Shown here: positions 10,828 through 19,591 of the stretch, in pieces | Layout: each line of letters opens with the position of its first letter | How positions within the stretch are numbered: the first letter of the stretch is position 1 | Source of the DNA: Chloroflexota bacterium | GTDB lineage: Bacteria > Chloroflexota > UBA11872 | Direction: 5' to 3' | Length of the DNA: 64,000 nucleotides | Assembly (NCBI GenBank): GCA_965262745.1 | Contig: OZ253558.1 | Coordinates: 1,946,602 to 2,010,601 of the forward strand | Made by a program: the position numbers and the translations under genes | The notes under the pieces: model-generated | The model's input: only the letters and a program-made list of their open reading frames with translations | Databases searched by the model: none | What the model was told of the DNA's origin: nothing

Positions 10828-11913
10828 TCAGTCGGACCCAATCGGGCATGGAAATGGCACGCCGACGGCGGCGCCGGTTTCGGTGAGCGTGGCGACGATG
10901 TCGTCGGTCAGCGGGCAGCCGTTGGCCCGGCGGTCGGCGGCGTTGGCGGCCTCGATGTCGCCGGGCGCGAAGACCTGCTCGACGCCCGGGCGTCGGGCAA
11001 CCGCGCGCATGGCCGCCAAGGTGCCGGCCACGCGCGATTTGAATTCCCCGAGCGGCGCCAACCGCGCCACGTCGACGGCCATGAAGGCATGCCCGACGCG
11101 CTGGGGACGATCCTTGTGCTGCCAGTACATGCTGCCGACGTCGACGGTGGACGCGGCGCCGGAAAGGATGCCGGCCATGACGTCGATCAGCAACGAGAGC
11201 CCGGCGCCCTTGTATCCGCCCAGCGGCAGCAGCGACCCGCCGTCCAAGAACGCCTCGGGATCGGTCGTGTCGTTCCCGTCGGCGTCGAGCGCCCAGCCCT
11301 CCGGGATTGGCTCGCCGCGGCTCTGGGCCAGGAAGATGTGGCCGGCGGCAACCTGCGTGGTGGCCATGTCGAGCACGAGCTCGTCCGGCGGGTCGGTGGG
11401 AATGGCGATGCAGATGGGGTTGGTGGAAACGAATTTCTCGCTCCCGCCCCAGGGAGCGACGATGGCCTCGCCGTTGGTAAAGGCCCAGGTCATGAGGCCG
11501 GCCCGTGCGCCGCGCAGCGCCCAATATCCCTGGGAGCCGTTGTGATTGGACTCGCGTATGCCCGTCCAACACGCGCCGCTGGCTTTGGCGCGCTCGATCG
11601 TGGCGTCGATGGCGAAGTCACACACGACGTGCCCCAAGCCGTTCTCGCCATCGACCACGACCGTGGTTGGCGAGTCGGAAACCACCCGCGGCCGAGCGTG
11701 TGCGTTCACCAGTCCAGCGGTGAGCCGCTCCAGATAGATGGGGATGCGGGTGATGCCGTGGGTGTCGACGCCGCGCAAATTCGCGTCCACCAGCCCGTGC
11801 GCCACGACGTGCGCGTCCTTGTCGGCAACGCCGGCGGTACGGAATATGTTGGCGGTAAACGTGCGCAGATCGTCAGCGCTGAATCGCCGCGCGGGGGGTG
11901 AAGCCGTGCCCAT
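10828..11913 (-). CDS. Ldh_2 family oxidoreductase (AllD/ComC-like)
   Basis: ANLRGVDTHG, DGENGLG, SNHNG, STNPICIA, LDMATT, GGYKGAGL, APGDIE. Confidence 0.92.
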   Translation of the reverse strand: MGTASPPARRFSADDLRTFTANIFRTAGVADKDAHVVAHGLVDANLRGVDTHGITRIPIYLERLTAGLVNAHARPRVVSDSPTTVVVDGENGLGHVVCDFAIDATIERAKASGACWTGIRESNHNGSQGYWALRGARAGLMTWAFTNGEAIVAPWGGSEKFVSTNPICIAIPTDPPDELVLDMATTQVAAGHIFLAQSRGEPIPEGWALDADGNDTTDPEAFLDGGSLLPLGGYKGAGLSLLIDVMAGILSGAASTVDVGSMYWQHKDRPQRVGHAFMAVDVARLAPLGEFKSRVAGTLAAMRAVARRPGVEQVFAPGDIEAANAADRRANGCPLTDDIVATLTETGAAVGVPFPCPIGSD

Positions 11914-11985
11914 CGATTACTCCTTTGCCGAGAGCGGTCGGCTGACCATACCGCCGATGACCGCCGCACCGTCGGGTCGCGGCTG

Positions 11986-12750
11986 ATGCCTCGCCGGGAA
12001 CTGAGGTCGGTGGATCTGGTGAGCATAGCGGCGCCTGGCGACATCGTCGCCATCGTTGGCGCGGGTGGCAAGACCACGACCATGTTCGCCCTGAGCCGGG
12101 CGCTCGCCGCGACGGGGCGCCGAGTGCTCACCACCAAGTCGACAATCATTCACATGCCCACGATGGCCCAGAGTCCCGGCGTGGTCGAGGTTCCGCCGGA
12201 GCGGTGGTCGAACGAGCTGCGCCGGCAGCTCGACGAACGGCGCGAGCTGACGGTCGTGGTCGGCTCGGCGGGTCCCGATCGTTGGCAGGGAGTTCCGGCC
12301 GATCGGACGGTGGAGCTGCGGAACGCGGCGCGGGCCGATCACGTGATCGTCGAGGCCGACGGGGCGCGAGGCCGGTTGCTCAAGGCGCCCGCGGCCCACG
12401 AGCCGGCGATGCCCGCCAGCGCGGCGGTGGTGATGCCGGTCGTGAATCTGCGGGCCATCGGCCGGGCACTCAATGCGGAGCATGTGCACCGGCTGAAATT
12501 GGTGGCGGCCCTGCTGGGAATCCCGGAGGACGGCGTGTTCGGCATCGAGCATGTCGCCAAGGTCTTGCTGGATGCATCAGGCGGGCTCAAGCGAGCGCCC
12601 GCGGACGCCCGCGTCTGGCCGGTGCTCGCGGGTGTCGACGCGGTCGATCGGCAGGCGGTCCAGGACTTGCTGCGGCGCCTCACCGAGCATCCCCGGGTTA
12701 CCGGCGTGGTCACGGCCGATGGGGATTGGCGCTATACCGCGCTGGTGTAG
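11986..12750 (+). CDS. yqeC: Selenium-dependent molybdenum hydroxylase accessory protein YqeC
   Basis: IVGAGGKTTTM, VLTTKST, IVEADGARGRLLKAPAAHEP signature. Confidence 0.85.
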   Translation: MPRRELRSVDLVSIAAPGDIVAIVGAGGKTTTMFALSRALAATGRRVLTTKSTIIHMPTMAQSPGVVEVPPERWSNELRRQLDERRELTVVVGSAGPDRWQGVPADRTVELRNAARADHVIVEADGARGRLLKAPAAHEPAMPASAAVVMPVVNLRAIGRALNAEHVHRLKLVAALLGIPEDGVFGIEHVAKVLLDASGGLKRAPADARVWPVLAGVDAVDRQAVQDLLRRLTEHPRVTGVVTADGDWRYTALV

Positions 12751-12877
12751 TGTCAACTCGCTTCTGAGAGACGGTCGGAGCGTGCGCCCACCGCCAGCAG
12801 CACTCTGGATCCTAGACGGCGGGCAGTTGCTGGCAGAAACGCCACGAACGAGATAACTGCTGAGCGAGGAGTAGCTG

Positions 12878-13324
12878 GTGAAGACGTGCACGTTCTGTGG
12901 TCACCCGGACGAAGGCAATCCTGCGGACACCGGGTGGGACCGTCACGGGTCCGTGGCCGACGGTGAGGAACGCATGTGCCTCGCGTGTCGGCAATTGGTG
13001 AGCTTACGGACCGAGGTGTTGTATGAGTACTCCTCAACGGGGAAGTGTCCGTGCGACACATGTAGGCGTTACACGGATGGGAGGGAAGTGCCACCTGAGG
13101 ATTGGGACCCCGAGAAGCATTGGGATTCTCTAGCCGCTGCCGCTGCCGGCGAGACCGGACGCACGATCCTGGACATATTGTCCACCGCGATCGAAACCGT
13201 AGGTTGGGACGAGGAGACCATTCCTCTGTGCGCCATGCTCTTTCGGCGGCAGGCGTGGTACCTCGCGTGTGCCGAGCTTGGAGGGAACGCGCCGGCAAAG
13301 TTTCTCACCGAAGCGCCCGAGTAG
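12878..13324 (+). CDS. Hypothetical Cys-rich (zinc-finger-like) protein
   Basis: GAGGAG RBS before GTG; CTFC, CLAC and CPCDTC motifs; lower GC than the flanks. Confidence 0.6.
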   Translation: MKTCTFCGHPDEGNPADTGWDRHGSVADGEERMCLACRQLVSLRTEVLYEYSSTGKCPCDTCRRYTDGREVPPEDWDPEKHWDSLAAAAAGETGRTILDILSTAIETVGWDEETIPLCAMLFRRQAWYLACAELGGNAPAKFLTEAPE

Positions 13325-13427
13325 CTGGTAGCGTCGGTTCCCGCGCTGAGGTCAACTACCCATCTCGTACTTGGTCGCCCATATGCCGTGCGTTGGCCTA
13401 CGTGACCTAAGTCACGATCAAGCGGTA

Positions 13428-14657
13428 CTAGCCGCGAACGGCGCGGAAGATGTCGCTTAGGCGCAGGCGCCGGCCGTAGACCAAAAGCCCGATGCGAAAG
13501 ACTCGCGTGCTGACCCAAAGCGCGACCGGGACGCACACGGCCAGGATTCCCACGCTGATCGCGATTGAAAGCACGTCCTGCGACCCGGCCGCCACGCGCA
13601 TCAGCCCCGCGACTGGCGCGGTGATAGGCACCCAGCTCAGCACGATGGCCAGCAGGCCGTCGGGGTCGCCCTGGATGAACGCCGCCGCCATTAGGGGGAC
13701 GACCGACGGCAACACCACATACATCGCAAGCTGCTGGCCCTCCTTGAAGCTGGTGGTGATGGACCCCACGGTGGCGTAGAACGCCGCGACGAGCAGGTAG
13801 CCAAGCAGCAGATAGACAGTGGCGAGCGGGAGCACCGCGAAGTTGACGGTCACGTCGCCCAGCAAGTCGAACCGGGCCAGCAGCAGGGGCACCAGGGCGA
13901 GCGCGGTGACCACCCACACCAAGACCTGCACCAGCCCGGTCATGGCCTGACCGGCCAATTTTCCGAGGAGCAACTGGTCGGGGGTGACCGACGACAGCAC
14001 GATCTCGATCACGCGGGTTTCCTTCTCCTCGCTCACGCCTTCCAAGAGGTAACCCGCGCTCGTGAAGATGATGAGCAGATACAGCATGGCCATGGCGTAG
14101 GGCAAGACCGCGTCGATGCTGGAATCGGCGGCCGCTCCCTCCGGTGGCGATCCGTCAAGGCCCTCGGCCCGCAGTTCCACGGGTTGCCGGATGCGGGCGG
14201 CGATCTCCGGCGCCACATGCTCCTGCAGCAGGGCGTCGAGGAGCACGGACCGGATCACGCCCCGGGCCTCTCCCTCACGCTCTCCGAACGCTCCGAAGTC
14301 GTCGGCGACGAAGCGCACCGCGCCGGACTGCTCATAGTCGGCGGCGACCACGAAGTAGCCGGCAATGGCGCCCTGGGCCTCGGCGGTTCGCGCGGCTGCC
14401 TCGTCGACAAAGCGCGTGAAGTTCGACGGCAGGTCTCGCCCATCCAAGGCACCGGCGCGATCGATCAGACCGTAGGAGTCACCCGCGTCGGGCGTCGACG
14501 CCTCCGCGACGGCGCCGCCGATACGGTCGCCAAGCAGGACCACGGCCAGCACGGCGATCGCCAGCAGCACGGGCATGGTGGCCGTGCTGATGAGAAAGGC
14601 CTTGCGCCCGATGGTGCGCCGCAGCTCCCAGCGCGCCACGACGGCCGCATTACGCAT
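13428..14657 (-). CDS. ABC-2 type exporter permease (NatB-like)
   Basis: GVSEEKETRVIEIVLSSV, LLLGK, large extracytoplasmic loop, 6 TM segments. Confidence 0.9.
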   Translation of the reverse strand: MRNAAVVARWELRRTIGRKAFLISTATMPVLLAIAVLAVVLLGDRIGGAVAEASTPDAGDSYGLIDRAGALDGRDLPSNFTRFVDEAAARTAEAQGAIAGYFVVAADYEQSGAVRFVADDFGAFGEREGEARGVIRSVLLDALLQEHVAPEIAARIRQPVELRAEGLDGSPPEGAAADSSIDAVLPYAMAMLYLLIIFTSAGYLLEGVSEEKETRVIEIVLSSVTPDQLLLGKLAGQAMTGLVQVLVWVVTALALVPLLLARFDLLGDVTVNFAVLPLATVYLLLGYLLVAAFYATVGSITTSFKEGQQLAMYVVLPSVVPLMAAAFIQGDPDGLLAIVLSWVPITAPVAGLMRVAAGSQDVLSIAISVGILAVCVPVALWVSTRVFRIGLLVYGRRLRLSDIFRAVRG

Positions 14658-15552
14658 GGCCGCCCGCCTCGCGCACGGCCTGAATAAATACGTCGTCGAG
14701 CGAGGCCAGGGCGCGCTCGAAGCGGTCGAGGCGAACGCCGCGGCGCACGAGCTCTTGCAGGACGGTTTCAGGCGTGGCGTCGGCCGCCAGCACGGCGTAG
14801 TAGGCGCCCTCCTCGTCGCGCAGCTCGGTTACGCCGGGGAGGTCGGCGACGCGATCCGGCGAAGCGAAGCGCACGGCGTTGGGGGCGTAGGCGCGGCGCA
14901 CGTCCGCCACGCGGCCCTCCAAGACGCCGCGGCCGTCGGCGACAAGGTAGATGCGGTCGGCCAAGTGCTCGACCTGGCTCATGACGTGGGTGCTGATCAC
15001 GATGGCCGCGCCGGCGTCACGCCGATCACGGATTATGTTGAGTAAAAGCTTGACGTTGATCGGGTCGAGGTTCTGCGTCGGCTCATCCAAGATCAGGATG
15101 TCCGGCTCGGTGAGCAGCGTGGCCGCGATCTGCGCCTTCTGGGCCATGCCGCGGCTGAGCTCGTCGGTCTTGCGCGCGGCCCCTTCGGCTAGGTCCAGCC
15201 GCTCAAGCCAGGCGGCGGTGCGGGACCGGGCTTCGGCGCGACTCAGCCCCTTGAGGCGGCCGAGGTATTCCACGGCGTCGGACGTGCGCACGCCCCGGTG
15301 GAGTCCGCGTTCTTCCGGCAAGTAGCCGATGCGGCGCCGCAGCTCAAGGCTGGGCGGCTGGTCGTGGATGCGAATGTCCCCGGCGTCCGGCGCCACGATG
15401 CCCATGACGGCGCGAATGGTGGTGGTCTTTCCGGCCCCGTTGGGTCCGAGCAGGCCGAGGACTTCGCCCGGATTGACCGTGAGCGAGACGTCGCGGACGG
15501 CGGTCACATCCGCGAAGGACTTGCGCAGACCTCGGATCTCAAGCGCGGGCAT
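14650..15552 (-). CDS. ABC transporter ATP-binding protein (NatA-like)
   Basis: GPNGAGKTT, LSRGMAQK, ILDEP, STH. Confidence 0.93.
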   Translation of the reverse strand: MPALEIRGLRKSFADVTAVRDVSLTVNPGEVLGLLGPNGAGKTTTIRAVMGIVAPDAGDIRIHDQPPSLELRRRIGYLPEERGLHRGVRTSDAVEYLGRLKGLSRAEARSRTAAWLERLDLAEGAARKTDELSRGMAQKAQIAATLLTEPDILILDEPTQNLDPINVKLLLNIIRDRRDAGAAIVISTHVMSQVEHLADRIYLVADGRGVLEGRVADVRRAYAPNAVRFASPDRVADLPGVTELRDEEGAYYAVLAADATPETVLQELVRRGVRLDRFERALASLDDVFIQAVREAGGHA

Positions 15553-15659
15553 GGAGCATGTTTAGCACGGCCGGTCGAAGGTCACGCCTGCCCCGGGCTG
15601 ACCGGGAGCCGCCGAATCAGTCAAAATGCTCAGGTACATCAAGCAAAAGACCGAGGCCT

Positions 15660-16766
15660 ATGATCGAGCGCGTCCCCATCAACCATGACCGGCTCCTGGA
15701 AACCTTCCTGCGCTTGCTGCGCATCGACAGCTATCACGGTCATGAAGATCGCATCGTGGAGGTTCTGCGCCCAACGCTCGAAGCGGCGGGGCTGGAGACG
15801 AACGTTGACGCCCACGGCAATCTCATTGCCTGCTGGCCCGCGAACGGCAGCGACGCCCGGCCGCTGATGCTCAACGCGCACATGGACACCGTGTGGCCCA
15901 CGCCCGGCCTGGAACCCGTGGTAACGGAAGAGGGGGTCGCATCGGGTGGTTCAAGCATTCTCGGCGCCGACGACAAGGCCGGGGTGGCGGCCATCGTGGA
16001 AGGAGTGCAGGCGGTCGCGGATGCGGGCCTCCCGCACGGGCTGATCGAGCTGGTCTTCACGGTCGGCGAGGATGTGGGACACATCGGGTCGCGCGCCTTC
16101 GACCCCGCGGCGATCGAGGCCCGCAGAGGGCTGGTGTTCGATGGGGATGGGCCGGTCGGATCGGTCGTGACGGCAGGGCCGGCCGCGGAGGCGTTCACCG
16201 CGGTGTTCCGCGGCCGCGCGGCCCACGCCGGCACCGAGCCCGAAAATGGCATCAGCGCCATCGCCATGATGGCGCGAGCCATCGATCGGATGAATCTTGG
16301 ACGCGTGAGTACCTACACCGTCGCCAATATCGGCACCGTCAACGGCGGACAGGCAATGAACATCGTGCCCGCCGAGGTGACGCTCGTCGGCCAGGCCCGC
16401 AGCCTGCGTCAGCGGCTGCTTGATACGCAGATCGCGCACATGCGTGAGGTTATGGAGGAAGCGGCCAAGGAGTTCGGGGGGACCGTGGAGTACGTGGAAA
16501 CCAACCGGATTCAGGCGTTCGGGTTTTCCGACATGAACTCGGTCGTCAAGTTGGCTGACCGCGCCATCCGATCGGCCGGACTCGAACCTTCGCACGTCTC
16601 GACGGGCGGCGGCAGCGACGCGCATGAGTTCAACTCGAAGGGCATCTGGTCGACGATCCTTGGCATGGGCTGCACCGGGGCGCATACCGTCGACGAGTTC
16701 GCGCCGCACGAGGCACTGCGGCAAATCGCGCAAGTCGCGGCGCAGGCGATTGTCGTTGCCGGCTAA
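15660..16766 (+). CDS. M20 family metallopeptidase (peptidase T-like), copy 1
   Basis: NAHMDTV, LGADDKAG, FTVGED, GRAAHAG, GGGSDA, HTVDE. Confidence 0.9.
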   Translation: MIERVPINHDRLLETFLRLLRIDSYHGHEDRIVEVLRPTLEAAGLETNVDAHGNLIACWPANGSDARPLMLNAHMDTVWPTPGLEPVVTEEGVASGGSSILGADDKAGVAAIVEGVQAVADAGLPHGLIELVFTVGEDVGHIGSRAFDPAAIEARRGLVFDGDGPVGSVVTAGPAAEAFTAVFRGRAAHAGTEPENGISAIAMMARAIDRMNLGRVSTYTVANIGTVNGGQAMNIVPAEVTLVGQARSLRQRLLDTQIAHMREVMEEAAKEFGGTVEYVETNRIQAFGFSDMNSVVKLADRAIRSAGLEPSHVSTGGGSDAHEFNSKGIWSTILGMGCTGAHTVDEFAPHEALRQIAQVAAQAIVVAG

Positions 16767-16822
16767 GGGCGATTCCCATGAGCCCCGCGAGGGGATGACG
16801 CGCCGCATGCTGGAGGAACACG

Positions 16823-17935
16823 ATGCCTGAGAGCCCGGGCCCGGTGGCGATCAACCACGACCGCCTGCTCGGAACCTTTGTCGACATGCTGTCCGTCGAC
16901 AGCTTCCATGGCGACGAGGACCGCGTGGAGGCGATCATTCGACCGGCGCTGGAACCGCTGGGGATCCGGTTTAGCCACGACGCGATCGGCAATCTCATCG
17001 GGTGCTGGCCGGGCCGCGGGCGCAGCGACGGCCGCATCATGCTCAACGCGCACATGGATACCGTGCAGCCGACGCCGAACATGCGGCCCGTGGTGGACGC
17101 CGACGGCGTGCGGTCCGACGGGTCGAGCGTGCTGGGGGCCGATGACAAGGCGGGACTGGCGGCGATCATCGAAGCGATCCGCTCGGTTGACGACGCCGGT
17201 CTGGATCACGCCCCAATCGAGCTGGTGTTCACCGTCGGCGAGGACGTGGGGCACATCGGGTCGAAGGCCTTCGACGCGGCGTCGATTGAATCTCGCACCT
17301 CGTTCGTGTTCGACGCCGGCGGGCCGGTGGGCAACGTGGTTATGCGCGCGCCGGGGCAGATTCGCTGCACGGCCACGCTGCACGGGCGGGCGGCGCACGC
17401 GGGGATCGAGCCCGAGCTCGGGATCAGCGCCATCAGCTTGCTGGCGCGGGCCGTGGATCGGATGCCGCTGGGACGCGTCGACGCCGAAACGACCGCCAAC
17501 ATCGGACGGATCGAGGGCGGGCAGGCGTCGAACATCGTGGCCCCCACGGCGCGAATCGAGGCCGAGGCGCGCAGTCTCAGCGAAGATCGATTGGCCGACC
17601 AGATCGCCGCGATGCGCGTGGCCGTTGCGGACGCGGCAGCGGATATGGGCGGCTCCTTCGACTTCGAGGAACACCGCTTCTACGTCGCTTATCAACTCGC
17701 GGAGGACGCGGCGGCCGTTCAGCTCGCCGACCGCGCCATCGAGGCGTCCGGCCTCACGCCGCGGCACGTCAGCACGGGCGGCGGCAGCGACGCCCATGAG
17801 TTCAATCTCAAGGGCATCACCTCGGTGTGCCTGGGTGTGAGCTACATCGACGTGCACACCATCGAGGAGTTCATGCCGCACGATGCCCTACGGGACATCA
17901 CGCAAGTTGCGGCGCAGCTCATCACGCAGGCCTGA
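16823..17935 (+). CDS. M20 family metallopeptidase (peptidase T-like), copy 2
   Basis: Same motif set as copy 1; tandem paralog. Confidence 0.9.
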   Translation: MPESPGPVAINHDRLLGTFVDMLSVDSFHGDEDRVEAIIRPALEPLGIRFSHDAIGNLIGCWPGRGRSDGRIMLNAHMDTVQPTPNMRPVVDADGVRSDGSSVLGADDKAGLAAIIEAIRSVDDAGLDHAPIELVFTVGEDVGHIGSKAFDAASIESRTSFVFDAGGPVGNVVMRAPGQIRCTATLHGRAAHAGIEPELGISAISLLARAVDRMPLGRVDAETTANIGRIEGGQASNIVAPTARIEAEARSLSEDRLADQIAAMRVAVADAAADMGGSFDFEEHRFYVAYQLAEDAAAVQLADRAIEASGLTPRHVSTGGGSDAHEFNLKGITSVCLGVSYIDVHTIEEFMPHDALRDITQVAAQLITQA

Positions 17936-17955
17936 GCCGACCGCGAGGCCGACGA

Positions 17956-18702
17956 CTACTGGGGCATCGTCCCCGCGAGCATCGGGTCGCCGGTTGGGCT
18001 GCTGGGGCTGACGTGCATCAGCTCCTCGGTGACCTCGAACGCATGAAACACGTATACCGGGTGCTCACTCTGCACAAGCACGACCGCGCTGCCCGCGAGG
18101 TCGGTGCTGAAGTTCGCGCCGCTGACGCGCGTACCGCTCTCATGGATCAACCAGAGATGGTAGACGTGGTCGTGGCGGGGCGCGTGCAGGCCGTCAACGA
18201 CGAGCATGACCTGGGAGCCGGCGTCGTCGAACATCAGTTGCGCCCAGGCGTCCTCGGCGCCCGGCATTCCGTGCAGCGTCACCGTGTGCGGTTGGGTCGC
18301 ATAGATATCGACGAGCGCCGCGCGCTGCGCCGACAGTCCGGCCTGCATGTCGTCGACGGTCTGCTGCAGGTCGCCGAGCCGCAGCGCGAGGACGATAACG
18401 GCCGCGACCGCCGCGACGCCAACGGTGGACGCGGCTGTGAATCCCAAAGCGGGCCATCCGGGGAGGCGCCAGCGTCGCGCGGGGGGCTCGGCGACAGCCA
18501 TGACCCGCGCCCGAAGGTCCGGCGGGGGCGCTTGGACGCCCGTCTCAAGCGCGAGCGTATCCAGCGCATGGCGCAGGGCCTCGGCTTCGCGGCGCACCGC
18601 GGCGTCACGCACCAGGACCGCGTCGAGCTCGCGGGCCTCGGACGCGCTGAGGTCGTCAAGCGCGTAGCCGCTGATGAGATCGTCGAGCGTCGCTGAGTCC
18701 AT
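17956..18702 (-). CDS. Anti-sigma factor, RskA-like
   Basis: LISGYALDDLS, PPPDLRARVM, one TM, YHLWLI, FEVTEE, SPTG; directly downstream of an ECF sigma. Confidence 0.85.
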   Translation of the reverse strand: MDSATLDDLISGYALDDLSASEARELDAVLVRDAAVRREAEALRHALDTLALETGVQAPPPDLRARVMAVAEPPARRWRLPGWPALGFTAASTVGVAAVAAVIVLALRLGDLQQTVDDMQAGLSAQRAALVDIYATQPHTVTLHGMPGAEDAWAQLMFDDAGSQVMLVVDGLHAPRHDHVYHLWLIHESGTRVSGANFSTDLAGSAVVLVQSEHPVYVFHAFEVTEELMHVSPSSPTGDPMLAGTMPQ

Positions 18703-18705
18703 GGG

Positions 18706-19290
18706 TTAGCCGAGCAGGTCCTGATCGCCCAAGCGATCGCGCAACTTGCGCAAGGCGGTCCGTGTGCGCGTCTTGACCGTGCCCAACGGCACATCGAGAC
18801 GCTTCGAGATCTCGGACTGCGTGTAGCCGAAATAGGCAAGCCAGAGCACGTCCTGCTCGGGCTGAATCAGGCCCCGAATCGCCTGTCGCAGCTTCTGCCG
18901 GCGCTCGGCGAGCCATGCATGCTCCCAGGGCGCCGGTTCGCCGTCGGCCTCCTGGCGGGCATCAAGATCGATCTCGTAGGGATAGAGCTGGGGACGGGCG
19001 CTGGCGGCGCGAATCGTATCGGTGATGCGATTGCGTGCGATGCGAAGCACCCACGAGGTGAGCGATCCGCGCGACTCGTCGAATTGATGGCGGCGCGTCC
19101 ACACCTGCATGAAGACGTCCTGGACGACATCCTCGGCAACAGCCTGGGGAAAGGCGCGCCGCGCCATGGACCACACCGTTCGGCTCAGCAGGTCGTAGAC
19201 CCCGCCCAGCGCCTCGGCTTCATCGCGGACGAGCCGACGCCCGAGGACCACGTCCGGGCGCTCAGCCGCTGCGGAAGGTTCGCTAGTCAT
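18706..19290 (-). CDS. ECF RNA polymerase sigma factor (SigK-like)
   Basis: AEDVVQDVFMQVW, WVLRIARNR, YTQSEIS, PLGTVKTR. Confidence 0.92.
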   Translation of the reverse strand: MTSEPSAAAERPDVVLGRRLVRDEAEALGGVYDLLSRTVWSMARRAFPQAVAEDVVQDVFMQVWTRRHQFDESRGSLTSWVLRIARNRITDTIRAASARPQLYPYEIDLDARQEADGEPAPWEHAWLAERRQKLRQAIRGLIQPEQDVLWLAYFGYTQSEISKRLDVPLGTVKTRTRTALRKLRDRLGDQDLLG

Positions 19291-19591
19291 GCGCGCTGGG
19301 GCTAGAGTGCCACGCCGGTCCATCGGCCTAACAGCACGGCCCCGTGCCGGCTGGCCGCGGCGCCGCAGGAACGGGAGCCTCAGCGCGGGCGCGCCCACGC
19401 TGAAGTCGATAAGGCCCGGGAGTTCAGCGGCGATCGCGCCACCGTGGGTGGTCATGCAGTTGCCGCTCGCGTAGGCGCGACGCCCGCGGGACGCCAAGCC
19501 ATCCGCCTTGCGGCGCGGCGTCGATCTTGGAGCGATGGCATGTCGGACGGCCCTGCGGCAACGCACCGCGTGGCTGGGGGTTCGTGGACTG

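Noticed and set aside
13351-13361. GTCAACTACCC resembling the start of IscB/HEARO-type RNAs, and TGTAGTGTCAAC at 12746 resembling an IS end
   Set aside because: No IscB, TnpB or transposase nearby, no partner end, and too little room for the RNA
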